Shown: positions 13,896 to 27,325 of the stretch, piece by piece | Layout: the number at the start of each line of letters is the position of its first letter | Numbering within the stretch: position 1 is the first letter of the stretch | Source: Camelus dromedarius | Taxonomy: Eukaryota | Direction: 5' to 3' | NCBI RefSeq assembly: GCF_036321535.1 | Contig: NC_087436.1 | Coordinates: 11,284,001-11,348,000 of the forward strand | DNA: 64,000 bases | Translations under genes and position numbers: made by a program | Notes under the pieces: generated by a model | Database searches by the model: none | What the model was told of the DNA's origin: nothing | What the model saw: the letters and a program-made list of their open reading frames with translations, nothing else

Positions 13896-16184
13896 AAGTT
13901 TTCTCTTTTAATAAAGATGAAACTAACACCAACTACACTGCAAGGCACTTACATGTATCTTAGGACTGAGCTAGCACAAAGGAAAACAGAAACAGCTTTG
14001 CTATTGAGCAATGTACGTGGAGTTAAATAAAGCCATTCTGGTAGACTCTTGTTTCATGATTTAAGGTTTAATTCACAACTTTATTTTTTATACACAGATG
14101 CAAACTAGTGAGTAGCTGAACTCTGGGTCCAAGTACCAATTTTAAGTAACTAGAAACCATTAATTGTCCTTTTCTAATTCTTTTACTGTATACTCCCCTC
14201 AAAACCTGGATCCTTTCCCAGTGGAACTCCATTAATTAGGAGGAATGTTTCTTGAGTGTTCTTAAGTTTTTGTTTCTCTCTCTAGAAATGAATAAAGCAT
14301 ATTATCCTGATTTGGAGGAATGCAATTTCACAGCAGAATATTTATTTTAAAAATTATTCTGAGCTATCATTTAAAATAAGAAAACCATCCAAACACCAGG
14401 CACAGTTTTTTTAAGGCTAGTCATTACAGGACAAAACTTAGCCAGACTAGCACTCTCGTGCCTGACGTGACTCCAAAGTACAAAATGATGGAACAGGTCA
14501 GCCACCAAATGTGGAGAGGGACACATTCATTAGAATATGGGGCAACATGAGAATGAGGAGAATAGGGGGAAATATTTTTAAAGAAAGGAAGGAATGCTCC
14601 AAAATTTTAATAGTGACTGCCTCTAAGTGGCAGGATCATGAGTCATATTTTCTTCTTCCTCACACCTTTTTCTACATACATCGTGCTTTATTCCATTTCG
14701 GGTGGGCGCAGAAAGAGGTGTGGTTCAAAAATTCCAACGTCAAAAAGGCAGAGGCTCAGATATTACTGGCTGAGTGTCGTAAGGTAGATTGCTTTGACTT
14801 TTCTGTTGGTGTAGGCAGTTTCCATGGAGAATAAGACAGACAGTTTTTGCCCACATGGTAAAATAATAATTGAATTAAAATGCATGCTTGTGTTTAAACC
14901 CTAAGATTTTAGAGGAAGTAAAAATAAAATGTAAGGGTCTTTTCAATAGCCCTTCTGTCATCCGTTATCTGAAAACCTGGACACAGTTTTTAAACCAACG
15001 TAATTGATTCCTTCAGAACCAGTGTTTTAGTTTCTCAGGGCTTACAAAAATCCCTGAAATGGCCACTATTAATCTAATTTGTAAAGCTCGTAGGTTGAAG
15101 CTTGAGACATTTGCATAAATTAAACCTACCAGTCATTAATCCAGAGGTGACCTTTGTCAGTCGGTGGTTTGTTTTCTGCTTCTCTGGACACAAAGGGAGG
15201 ACACAGTATGTTTGAATGGCTCCCTGTGTCTGGTATTTTGTGACCCACAGGCCAGGTCTTCGGAACACAATGAGTCAGCCCTGGGCTGTGTCCTCTGTTC
15301 TGTGCCGACACTGACAGAGCACACTGGTGGGATTTCGCCCTTGCCTTTGTCTGCAGGCTGTGCAAATAAGATGCTTTCACAAAGCAAGAAAAATAACTTC
15401 CCAACTACATGACCATATAAACATTTTCCCCTGAACTTAAAGTCGTTGAGTCATAAAAATGGTTTGTTGCCTGGGTGGTCAGAATATAGAAGCATATACA
15501 GGGAAGATGGAATTTACCCTGGAAAAGATCATTTCCCAGTCTGGTAAAAGCCTCAGAAATGTTAAATTATTATTGAATGTTGAAGAAATTATATCCCATT
15601 TGTTCTTTGTCCTCTAACCTTGGGGTTTTGGGTTTTTTTTTTTTTTTTGCCTTATGATTACTGAAAATAAATTAGTTACCTCATGTACATATACAAGTTA
15701 AAAATTTTTTTAATTATATTTTGTTACTTGGAGGTAAGCTCTTGGGACTTACAAAGGTTAGTGTTTATGAACACAGATTAAGGTATTAGCATGCAATGTT
15801 ATAGTAAGAGTCAAGAAGTTTCCTGCAGTGACAATGAAGTCTTTAAATCCCCCATAGCCACACCCAGAATGCACTCAAGTTCTTGTGGGGACACTTCGGT
15901 GTTCATGTCTAATCGAAAGGGTAAATACAGAACATGCAGATCCTCTTGCATTCGTTCGGTTATTCAGCAAGTGTTTACTGAGTCCTACTCTGTACCACGC
16001 ACTGCTCAACGGTCTATGAGTAGAGACAAGACCCCCACTTTCACAGAGTTTATATTCTAGTGGGCAGAGACAAACAAATATATTTTACAACATTGAAGAG
16101 CACATTGAATGGCCAAAGATAAGTAAACAGGAGAGTATGAGAGGATATTAGAGGGAGTAGCCAAGACCAAGAAGGAAAAGCCAT

Positions 16185-16335
16185 TGTAGGGAGGAAGGCT
16201 CTTTGGGACACTAGTCCACCATCTTCTAGACCTTCTGGCTTTCTGAATAAAGTCATTATTCCTTGCCCCATTACATCGTCTCCCAATATACGGGCTTATC
16301 ATGTGGCAAGCAGAAGGAGTTTGGACTCGGTAACA
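16185..16335 (+). mobile_element. Truncated copy of the recurrent ERV1-type LTR
   Basis: CTTTCTGAATAAAGTC..TTCCTTGCCCC..GGAGTTTGGACTCGGTAACA, matching the 3' part of the 51286-51815 LTR. Confidence 0.7.
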
Positions 16336-17259
16336 GCACTGCTTAGTAATGCTATATTTATGCTATGTTATGCTTGGTTTGTGTTCAGGAGGGACTGGCT
16401 AGTACTTGACCAACTCTTTCTCCCAGGTGAGGGGAGGAAAAGGCCATTAGTGTGGGAATAAACAATGTAACCCCTGTCATTAGTGAACCCCTGTCTATGA
16501 GACAAGAGAATCTTGCTAACCCAGACCCTCATGACAATTTGAGGGATGGTTTAAGTGGGTTCCACCTGCCAATTATCTGTGCTTCATTCCTTACTTGTAG
16601 GTAGTACAGAAAATTCATTAAAAGTAGAGGGATATGGTCTCCAAAGTGGTAGAGAAGCAAGCCAGCTTCTTAGTGATTCTGCCTCGAGAATTTCCTTCCA
16701 CTCTATTTTGCCAACATCAGTACTCTTGCATTAGATTTTTTTAAAAGAAGGAGATGAAAAACAGAGAAACAAAGCAGAGATTCAGCAGAAAACTGAACGA
16801 AGAGGTTGCTCACCCCTGTCAATTTTATCTTTAAGGTGAGATTTTATGGAAAATGGCACTGTGTTGTTGTCTGCCATAATCAGGAGGAAACATTTTGCTA
16901 TGTTAACGAGCCTCTTTACCTCTCGTGCTGAGGTCTGATTAGATGCCTAGCAAAGTATTTCCAAATTTTTTGTTTCTATGAGACTATGATTCCAGCTCTC
17001 CAACTTCCTTAAATTCTAGTTTAACTTGGTGTGGCTTTAGGGTTCCATTTTACCAGGAATAATCATGTTGTGTGGTAATTAAATCTGTAAAACTGATTTT
17101 CCTAAAAGTAAACAAAGACTCCATTGAAATTCCTGAACATGTAAGCTCTCTTTCCTTTTGTCTTGCTCCCTCCACTTCTTTCTTCTCATTTTCCCCTTTT
17201 ACTTGACACTTTATTCTTTACCTTTTCAAATGACTAGATCACCATAAACATTTTTTCTT

Positions 17260-17262
<3 letters not shown>

Positions 17263-17318
<56 letters not shown>
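17263..17318. repeat. (AC)n microsatellite
   Basis: Uninterrupted AC run of about 56 nt. Confidence 0.95.
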
Positions 17319-17320
<2 letters not shown>

Positions 17321-18269
17321 GGTACCGCTCACCCAACAGCATCTGCACTGATTGGCTTCCTCCACAAAGGACAAAGGGTCAGTTAGAGGAGCCATCCTTC
17401 AGTGTGCAGTGAAAATCTGACAGGCTGGCTGAAATCAGTGGAAGTCACTGCCCTTACAACTCTGCAGACAATTAAGTAATTGGATCCATATGTGCTGACT
17501 TATAGATGCTTAAAAAGAAATTAACTTCAACATGGAGCTCTGATTTGAGTAAGAAAAGGGGTGGAAGTTGAAAGACACACCTACAACTCTCCATCTAGTT
17601 TATTTCTTGGCAAATTAGCATCATGTCTTCTACAGAGTCCTGTGCTTGTGTTACAGAGTAAGTGGCTGTCTTAAAGCTGTTCTCAAGAAAGTAGTAGCCG
17701 AACCTAAATAATTCAGTGTCTCTAAGTACATGCATACGTGCGTACATATTCTATAACTCTTAACACCATTATATTTCTGAAAAATAGCGTTTGACTGGGA
17801 GTTCTTCAGTCAGAAATCTATATGTTCATTTGAAGACAAAAGCATGAATAGAATTTAAATTCAAATAAAGTCTTATTAAAAATACAAAATCATTTTCATT
17901 AAATATTAAGAAGGGCTCCACAAAGTTTAACATATGAAAAGGATGGTTTTATTCCTGCAGGTGTGGAGAGGTAGCAAGCAGCTCAGAAGAGGAACTCTGG
18001 GGTCAAACCCTAGGTCTGCTGTTTACTAGCTACGTAACCTTGGGAAACTATCTCATTTCTCTATACTAAATTGCCTAATTTATAAAACAGACATAAGAGG
18101 GTTGTTGTGAGGATTAAACTAGTTAATTCAAGTAAAGGTCTACAATAATGCTTATCATATAGTAGGTGATAGAGAGATTCTTTCACATTAAACTTGCTTC
18201 TAACAAGATCCATTATGGTGCACGTTTGTTCTATCATTAACTTGCTTTGGCTTTTGGCAAGCCATCTAT

Positions 18270-18362
18270 TATTTTATTTTTATAAATGAGGGTACTGGGT
18301 ATTGAACCTAGGATCTCGTGCATGCTAAGCGTGCACTCTACCACTGAGCTGTACCCTCCCCA
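18270..18362 (-). mobile_element. vic-1-like SINE
   Basis: GGTACTGGGTATTGAACCTAGG..CACTCTACCACTGAGCTGTACCCTCCC. Confidence 0.85.
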
Positions 18363-20619
18363 AAAGATAATTGCTCAGTAGAGCCCACGTAAAGCCATTT
18401 AATGCCAGTTTTCTCATTTGTATAAAAAAAGACACCAGATTTCATTTCTAACATTCCATATATATAACATATATTTATATTTCAAGGACCTTTATTGGAC
18501 CTCAGTAGCACAAAAACTGGTTTCAATATTGTTGTGTGTGATGTGGGCTCAACAAATCTAAGGGAGTCACAGTAATTGAGTAATTGATCACAAACATTTC
18601 TAGTCTGGATGCCAAGTTTGGGGAATGCAGAGGTAGCACCATGATAATAAATAATAATAAAATATTCCTTTCAGCCCAGTCAAGAGGCATGAGGGAACTC
18701 TTTCCAACATTCTTGTCAAATAGTTCATGTGGGCACTCACTGTAGAAACGAAAAAGCTGAACATTGTTCTTGACTAATTATCAGGAAGAAAGTCAGGCAA
18801 AGTGCAGCAATGCTAGACAACCCGTCCAAATACCTTGGGATAACATTAATTGGACTGGATTGTCTGGGAAAGAGAAGTGATATTTTGCAGGATGTTACTA
18901 GGGAGTGAAGGTCAGGATTGAAAGGATGAAATGCTTGGAAATTGATCAACAAAGTTTTCTGTACTTTGTCAACCACACATCAATTGGCAAGCTACCACAC
19001 AAGGGGTCTATTTGAGACAAGGATGCTTTGGGCTTATCTTTTTCTTTCTCATAAAATGCAACAAAATCTCTGCATACATCAACTGTTCATTTCATGTTTA
19101 TTACATGAATTAATGAAACTTCTTAAATTTTCAGCCAAAGGAAACTGAAATAGAGCCAAAAGTTAGGGTTTCAGAGAACCTAAGAATCTGCAAACTTAAA
19201 GACTAAATACCTCATATTTTGAATGAGGGATTTGATAAATTAACCTGACCAAAGCCATATGACTTAGTGACAGGAGCCAGGCAGGACTAAAAATTCAAGT
19301 TGCCTGACTCCTAAGGTCATGCTATTTCCGTTACACCAAATGACCTTCACTTTAGGTGATGAACAAAATCATCACAAGCCAAGATTCAAAGATCAAGTTT
19401 CTGTTCTATCAGCTTAATGTTAAACTCTAGCCCCCTCAAGCTCTGTGGTTCAGAAGAGATTCAGAACTCCATGACTCTCAAAGTCTTAAATACGCCTTTA
19501 AAGAACTTCCACGCCAGGCTTATTAGCAGCTCTACATCACATATAATTCACCTAGTAAACAATAATTGTTGTCTAGAAGTCATTTGGATCTATTATGAAA
19601 ATTCTTAAGACTGTTTTTGATAAAGAAAAAAAATAAGCCTGTAACCAAGGTTAAAAGTCAGAGTAGAGAAGATAAACCCAAAGTGTCTCATTTCTTTCTT
19701 TTTTTTTTATTTTTAAAGAGAGAAATATTATGAAGTGGGATTGTTCCTATGTCAATCAAACAATTTTTACCTAATTTATTCTACATTAGAAAACTATGTA
19801 AAGATCACCAATATCTCTTTTTAATGTCTCACAAGAACAAAAGTTTTCTTGATGCCATTTGGTCAATCACTTTAACCCAGTAGCCTGGGTAAGAATCACC
19901 ACAATGCAGAGGGTGTCTGAATGTTGGCACATATGAATGCAACACATATGTTGTTGCCTCTATTATTTTTGTACCTGATATAATTGAGAGTCTGCTACAT
20001 CCATATCTATGTAGTAGTCATTTTTTTTTTTTCCAGATTTGCCAGGCATATGAAGGATAGAAAGATATCCATACTGTCAAAAGTGCATGCCTTTTTTGGA
20101 GTTATGGTTTCTTGTGAAAATATATCTTTTGGCTCAGATGTTAGCTTGATGCCGCATTTATGATCAGTAATGTTTTTTCAACTAGCACATGTGCCCAGGA
20201 AGATCCTGGGAAAATTTTTGAGTGAGCATCATACTGAATAAATGTCTTAGCATGCTCGATAGCCTAATTTTATACATTTGATATCTCTACCATGTCTAAT
20301 TCACCATTTCCTCTAAGCATAGAGAATGCCAATTTTAGTCACACACATTTTCAAAAAAAACAATATTTTTTTTAAAATTTACTATGACTGTTTTCTATAA
20401 CTTCTTTTTTTAAAACTTTTTTTTATTGATTTATAATCATTTTACCACGTTTGTTTTCTATAAATTCTGTTGTTAGTTTCTTCTTCTGTGTTAATTTGGG
20501 AATAGCAGTAGATAATTAAGGGAGGACTAGAAGAACTAATATAGGGAATAACTAAAAAGCAGGGAATGGGTCTAGACTCAGAAGTGGTCAAAATGAAACC
20601 AAGGATCAAAAGACAAGTG

Positions 20620-21525
20620 TATATCCAAGTGGCCAATAGGCATGTGAAAAAGTGCTCAATATCACTAATTATCAGAGAAATGCAAATCAAAACTACAATG
20701 AGATATCCCATCCTAGCAATCAGAATGGCCATCATTCAAAAGTCCACAAACAATAAATGCTGGAGAGGGTGTGGAGAAAAGGGAAGCCTCCTACATTGTT
20801 GGTAGGAATGTAGTTTGGTGCAGCCATTATGGAAAACAGTATGGAGATTTCTCAAAAAACTAAAAATAGACTTACCATATGATCCAGCAATCCCACTCCT
20901 GGGCATACATCCAGAAGGAACTCTACTTCAAAAAGATACATGCACCCCAATGTTCATAGCAGCACTACTTACAATAGCCAAGACATGGAAGCAACCTAAA
21001 TATCCATTGACAGATGACTGGATAAAGAAGATGTGGTATATTTATACAATGGAATACTATTCAGCCATAAAAAAGAATAAAATAATGCCATTTGCAACAA
21101 CATGGATGGATCTGAAGATCATGATTCTAAGTGAAGTAAGCCAGAAAAAAAAAAAAGAAAAACACCATGTGATATCACTCATATGTAGAATCTAAAAAAA
21201 ATAAAAAGAAGACACTAATGAACTTACCTACAAAACAGAAACAGACTTGCAGACATAGCAAACAATCTTATGGTTACCTGGGAAAGAGGGTGGGAAGGGA
21301 TAAATTGGGAGTTCAAGATTTGCAAATATTAACTAGTATATATACAATAAATAAGTTCCTTCTGTATAGCACAAGGAACTATATTCAATATCTTGTAGTA
21401 TAAAGAAAAAGAATATGAAAAGGAATATATGTATGCATATATATGACTGAAACATTATGCTGTACACCAGAAATTGACACATAAACTTACTGTATTTCAA
21501 TTTAAAAAATAGAAAGAAAGAAAAA
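20620..21525 (+). mobile_element. L1 ORF2 C-terminus and 3'UTR
   Basis: ORFs encode [27 protein letters not shown] and [48 protein letters not shown]. Confidence 0.92.
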
Positions 21526-21985
21526 CGTATATCAAAACCAGAAGTCATGTACTGGTGTGAAATCCAGAGAATCAGACAGCAGCGAAGTGGAAGAATGGGC
21601 AGCCAAAAGGAAACGAGGCCCCCAGTAGATAATTGAAGTTAGAGCAAGGTGTTGGTAGGGGAAGTCGACATCATCCATGCAATTGAGAATCAAAAAGAAA
21701 ACACTCTTGGAAAGAAAGACTCTCGAGTAAGCCAAGGTCTGTCTCCACTTTTGAATGTTTCCATCTATGGGCGAGGATTACTCCCACCATAAAGAGAGAC
21801 AGGTGTCTAACCAGGAATCAAGAGCAGATCCTGATAATGTTAAGATTGACTTTACTAGGATGCTTAGAGTGGAATTTTATTCAACAATAAGTTAGATAAC
21901 AAAGATACAGCAATGAAGAAAACAGGCAAAATGTCCTACCCACATGAAATTTACATTTTATAGAGGTAAGTAAATCACAGGTTAT

Positions 21986-22487
21986 TGTTACTGAGTCCAA
22001 ACTCGTTCTGCTCACCATATGACAGGCCAATAAATCGGGAGACGAGGTGTTGGGACAAGGAAAATCTACTTTATTCAGAAAGCCCACAGACAGAGAAGAT
22101 GGGGGACTAATATCCTGGAGAACCCTCTTCCCCAAGTCAGAATTCGGGCTCCTTTTATACTAAAAGAGGAGGGGGTGTGGTTGGTTGTTGCAAACTTCTT
22201 GGTGTCTGGATCCTTTGTTCTTGCAGCTGTCCATGTCGGTCAGGTCATGGTGTCCCTGTAAACCTCTAACAAGGCAAATGTTATTCTCTGTTCTGCAACT
22301 TTTCTCTCTACATGGATGGGAAAGCTTTACACCCTTAAAGGGCAGAGCCTTGAGGATGGGCTCTCCTGTCTATTTCAGGCCGTAGGCAACATTCTTTTTA
22401 ATTAAAAAGGTGCAGAACCAGTATGACTAAGCCCAGGAAACAGCACAGGATTAAAGCAGGGGAACAGATTTGTTCTTCTCTGTTACA
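21986..22487 (-). mobile_element. ERV1-type solo LTR
   Basis: TGTTACTG...TGTTACA termini; 4-bp TSD TTAT at 21982-21985 and 22488-22491. Confidence 0.85.
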
Positions 22488-23377
22488 TTATGAGCATAGT
22501 TACAGAACACAACTTTTCAGACTTGAAAGGTAACTCAGTTTCTATCCTTAGTTAGGTCAAGTTCCAAAAACTGCTATCCTAGTATTTGCTGTAATCAATT
22601 CTTGAACTTGTCTTTTATTTATTTATTTATTTTTTTTTTTTTGCTTTTTCACTTTTCTAGGTAAATATTTTTCACATATTCCTTTATTCACTTCTGGAGC
22701 CATATTGGTTTTAAGTTCTCACGCATTCATTTTTTAGTATCTCATAATTTCCATCCAATCAATATGAATTCAGTATTTCTAGGCTCCATTGAAGACATCA
22801 AGAGGAGAGAGGGCAAGGCTGTCCACTCAAGGAGTTTTTGTTTCTGCAGGAGTCCATATGTCCTCGGGAAACTGTCAGATCAGTATGAAAGAGTGATGGG
22901 CCACAAGGGAGGCACTAAGTACTACGGTGGTGAAAAGGCTATGATAACAGAGGATGTTTTCCAGATTCCCAGAACAGAACTGAAATCATTTTCAGTTGGC
23001 AGGAATCAAGAAACGCTTATAGAGAAATCTATCAAATGTAAAAGAAAATCAAATTAGATTAGATAAAATTTAATGAGTAAACATTAAATTTAAGAGTAGG
23101 GACTACATCTGATTCCTCATTTTATCCGTAGTCTCTAAAATCAGAGACTGGAACTGGATGTAAGTGAATTAGTGAAATATTTGTTGAACCGATCTTAGAC
23201 TGGATTAAATCCTGAACCATTAGGACTTCAAACAGGTAAAACTGGGACAAACAGAGGAGGTCTTTTCAAAGAAAAGACATGCACAACATGAGCAAAAATA
23301 AGCAAAGAGAAAATGTGAGCAGAAGTTAGCCTGATCTGGATCGTTTGTAGTGCTCACCAAAAAGGTCTATTCGAAGA

Positions 23378-23490
23378 AGGGAAGGTATAGATCAGTGGCA
23401 GAGTGTGTCCTTAGCATGTGTGAGGTCCTGGGTTCAATCCCCAGTACTTCTATCAAAAACTAAATAGATAAACTTAATTACCTCCCTCTC
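23378..23490 (+). mobile_element. vic-1-like SINE
   Basis: GGGGAAGGTATAGATCAGTGGCAGAG..GGTCCTGGGTTCAATCCCCAGTAC..TAATTACCTCCC. Confidence 0.85.
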
Positions 23491-24009
23491 CTGTCTGAAA
23501 GTTTAATAACTTTACGTGAGACACACTGGTTTCAGCATCCAGTGAAAAGTGTGAGCCCGATATCTAGGAGAAGCGGGGAGGGGGTGAGACACCCAGGCAG
23601 ACTCTGTTTCAGATGTCTGGCTGAAGGGTTTGAAAGGGGCGCAGGAGCGAAGCCCGAGGCTGGAACGAAGAGTGAGATGCAGGTGAGGAAGACGACAAGC
23701 GAGGTGGGGCAGGACCTCTCAGGATCAAAGTCACAGGAGGAAGAGGCTCTGGGCTGTGGACACTGGCCTCATCTTGGCCTTGCCATTAGCTGTTTTTGTT
23801 TTGTTTTGATTTGGGGGCAAGTCATTTACTTCCCTGAGTTTGTTCTCTCATCTGTAAAATGGAGATGAAACTTACATGATATTATCATGTCTAAATATGA
23901 CAAATTTTGTTAAATACCCGACATACACAGTATGCCACCGTAAAAATGAGTATGTTTTTATAGAATTATATAGGGAATATGTCTACTTGGAGAACATGTG
24001 AATATATAG

Positions 24010-24430
24010 TAGTATATTGGTTTCCTAAAGCTGCTGTAATAAAGTACCACAAACGAGTGGTTTAAAACAACAGAAATGTATTCTCTTACCATCTCAGCAG
24101 CCAAAGTCCAAAATCAGTGTTGGCAGGGTTGGTTTCTTCTTGGAGGCTCAGAGAGAGAATCTGTTCCATGCCTCTGTCTTAACTTCTGGTGGTTGCTGGC
24201 AAACTCCAGTCTCTGCATCTGTTGTCATGTGGCCCTCTCCCTGTTTGTCCCCGTGTGCCCCCGTGCCTGCCCTTTTTTCTTAAGGACGCCGGTCATGTTG
24301 GCTTTAGGACCTACTCTGCTCCAGTATGACCTCATCTTAACGAATGACATCTGCAAAGACCTCACTTCCAAACAACGTGAGGTTCCAGGTTGACCTGAAT
24401 TTGGGGGGAACGCTCTTCAACCCAACATAA
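24010..24430. mobile_element. MLT1C-like MaLR LTR
   Basis: GCTGCTGTAATAAAGTACCACAAAC..AAAACAACAGAAATGTATTCTCT..CAGTATGACCTCATCTTAAC. Confidence 0.75.
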
Positions 24431-26499
24431 GATGTGTATTCCTAATTTATCCTTGTTTTTAGACTCACTGCAATAGGCTATTGTTATAAGAACTAGGATT
24501 TGGGGCCTTAGAGGGGAGGACAATGAAATGGTCATGGACCCAGGTCAAGGAGTTTGAATTCCATCTATTCCTCTTCCCGGCTGTGTAGCCTTGGAGGCTA
24601 CACCCTCTTCAGTTGTTAGCTTTCTCATCTGATAAACAGGGAGCAGAAAGTTCCGAGTGTTTGGGGAGGACTGAGTGAAGGGATGTGTGTGATGCACTTA
24701 GCATGGTACTGGCCTAGAGGGACAGTGTGTGGCTCACTCCAAGGAAGCCAGCCTGTGCCGCAGGTGGGCTGTGAGTGGGGGTTTCTGTTCACATGAACCA
24801 GATGACATGATTTCATCCAGCTGAGCCTGGCGCTGTGTGCAGAGACATGTGCGTCTTTACGACTTAGCACTCTGCTACAAGTCTTCCCCAGACCTGCTTG
24901 TTCAGCACGAACATGAATGATTGACCACCGCTGGTGACCCACGTCCCATAGAAATGCCGGGTCACATGTCGCTGCCCTTCGGTGTCTAGCATTTCAGCTT
25001 GCCCATCGCCTTTATACACTGTTTTACTGTTCTCCAAAAAACAACTGCTGCTTCTCCATCACCAACCTCATCAATTTCTTCCTTGAGTTATTTTTGGAAA
25101 GAATAATGGTAAATTATATAAATAAATAATGTCTTAACTTCCATAAATATAATATATTATCTTGCTAATATATTTTATTTCAATTTTTTAAAATAAGAAA
25201 ACTGATGTTCAAATGGATTAGATGACTTAAATACAGCACTTTGCTGTATCCTGACCGCTGGAGATATCTTCTGCTTTTATTAGCCATATTTTAGGTAGGA
25301 GCTCATCGTCGATCATCTGGTAATGAAATATAAAATTGTAATCAGTATACGCAGTTTGTGGTGGTCACCGTCTTATCCACAAAGAAAGCTCACTACTATA
25401 CGTTTGAATAGTCTTAAGACTTGGCCTGAAGTTACACTGGCAAAATCTATATTGGTTTCCTGATGGTTTGCTCAATTCAACACTCCACTGTGTCAGCTCA
25501 TGGCTTGCCAGTGTGCTGTACAGAGAAGTTTGCTGGGGAGAGAAATCTGAAAAATCCCTGTGCTATTCATGAGGCACTTTTATATCGAGTCCACACTCTT
25601 GTGTTCCGTTGATTTTACCGTGTGATGTACAAATGCAGCGAGGCAACATGGTACCCTATAACACCACACTTCCAGCCCCCAGACAAATATTCTCAGGATT
25701 TAAAGAAGGTGATTTTAAGAGTTTCTGTGTGCTCTTGCCCGTTAAAAAGTGCATGCATAAGGATGCAGGCAGGGCTTCTTACACACTGATGTCTAAGATC
25801 AAGAAAATTACTCATTCATTTCAAAACTCAGGAAGCCCAAGGTTGTGTACCAACTCCCTGAATTGAGAGGCAGGAAATACAACAAACTTCCTGGCAATTC
25901 ACAAGTTGCATATGCTCTGGATTTGCTATTTTGGATCTACCTGTATTTGAGTGTATCTACACTAGCGTTTCAGTTTACTTTACAGTAAGTACAGACATTT
26001 TCATTGGTATCAGCTACGTGTAACAGGCAAGGACGCACTTCAAACAACAAGGCATCTTGGAGCATGTGTGCAGAAGATGACACGAGACTGCTTTTGTCTT
26101 CTGAGCTCGTTCCTAATTTCTGTGTCTGAGCTGTATCTGCCACCCATGTGTAAATCATTTAACAGAACACAGCTTTGATGAGTTTGTGCCTTGTCTGAAC
26201 TTACTTTTTTTAAAATCCTGGAGGTACCACAGAAGAAAATGAAAATGATCTCCACTGCTTTAGAAACTGAACTTTACAAAAGAAAAATATAAACATTTCT
26301 CAGATTTATTTCAGAGCATTCTAAATCCCAGGAATGTTTATGGATGCCAGGCCACACAGATTAAGCAATTTAGAGATTTCGGGCAAGGGGGCCCCACTTT
26401 GCAGCAGGTTTGGAAAAGAGAAAGCATTTCAGCGCATGTTCTGCCACAAAGCATCTGGCGGGCTAAGTGAGAGCTTCAGAATTCCTTCCGAAAGGGATG

Positions 26500-26952
26500 G
26501 GAGACTTCCTGTCATTCCTGTGTGTTTCTGCATGTGGGACCTGGGTGGACAATGCAAAGTGTAAACAGATGTAAATGGTGAGGGAGGAGGCCAGGCCAGG
26601 CTTTGCGCTGCACACTCCCCAGGCCCAGGTCGGGCCTCTCCCCGGAGCTTGCCGGGGACAGTTCCTCCCAAGTTACCGGGCGCTTGAATGGTTTATTTCA
26701 CCAATATTTGCTTATGGAAATAAAGGGGCGCGGCCAGGGCGGGAGGAGCGGGTGGAGGAGGGGCCTGAGGCCGAGGGGCTCGGGCTGAGCACCAGCAACC
26801 TTGTCTGCTATGATCATTAACCTTTCTGGGGAACGCGGCTGCCCGAGCTCTGAGGCTCAGAATGTGAGGACAGCCCCGCGGACACCGCGCAGGCCGCTCG
26901 GACCGCTCGCTTTACCTCGCGCGCCGTCGCTCCAGCGCAGTGTGGCAGAAAA
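26500..26952 (+). promoter_or_regulatory. APELA promoter and 5'UTR, GC/CpG-rich
   Basis: CpG-dense segment at about 26580-26945 directly upstream of the ATG, with CCAAT at 26701, GC box GGGCGGG at about 26737, and SOX/OCT/FOX-like motifs at 26549-26576. Confidence 0.7.
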
Positions 26953-27028
26953 ATGAGACTTCAACAATTCTTTTTCCTTTTTTTAATCTTTATGATGAGT
27001 CCTCTCCTTATCCACGGACAGAGAGCAG
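26953..27028 (+). CDS. APELA: APELA (ELABELA/Toddler) coding exon 1: signal peptide and start of mature peptide
   Basis: ATG at 26953 with A at -3 reads MRLQQFFFLFLIFMMSPLLIHGQRA plus 1 nt, then the donor CAG|GTAGGA at 27029 (phase 1). Hydrophobic signal-peptide pattern, closely resembling human MRFQQFLFAFFIFIMSLLLISGQRP. Confidence 0.96.
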
Positions 27029-27124
27029 GTAGGACTTTGACACTTTTGTACCGAGTAAATTGTTTTTTATGCCTGTTTGTGCCCATGGGCCTCCGAGCAC
27101 GACTGTGTTTGTATTGAAAATCAC

Positions 27125-27325
27125 TTGGGGTGGGAAGGGATCAATTGGGAGTTCGAGATTTGCAGATACTACCTACTATATATAAAATAAACTACATTCA
27201 GTATCTCGTAGTAGTCTATAATGAAAAAGGATATGAAAACGAATATATATATGTATATGTATGACAGACATTATGGTGTACACGGAAATTGACACATTGT
27301 AACTGTACTTCAACTTTAAAAAACC
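27125..27325 (+). mobile_element. Short L1 3' end in APELA intron 1 (a further fragment at about 28100-28200)
   Basis: GGGTGGGAAGGGATCAATTGGGAGTTCGAGATTTGCAGATAC..ATTCAGTATCTCGTAGTA..GAAATTGACACATTGTAAC. Confidence 0.8.

Noticed and set aside
16740..16830. Purine-rich stretch considered as an exon of the neighbouring small gene SMIM31
   Set aside because: No convincing splice sites or peptide match to what I recall of SMIM31; no SMIM31 exon found in this window.
20566..21195. ORFs of 79 and 126 aa
   Set aside because: Broken L1 ORF2 C-terminus, not a host gene.
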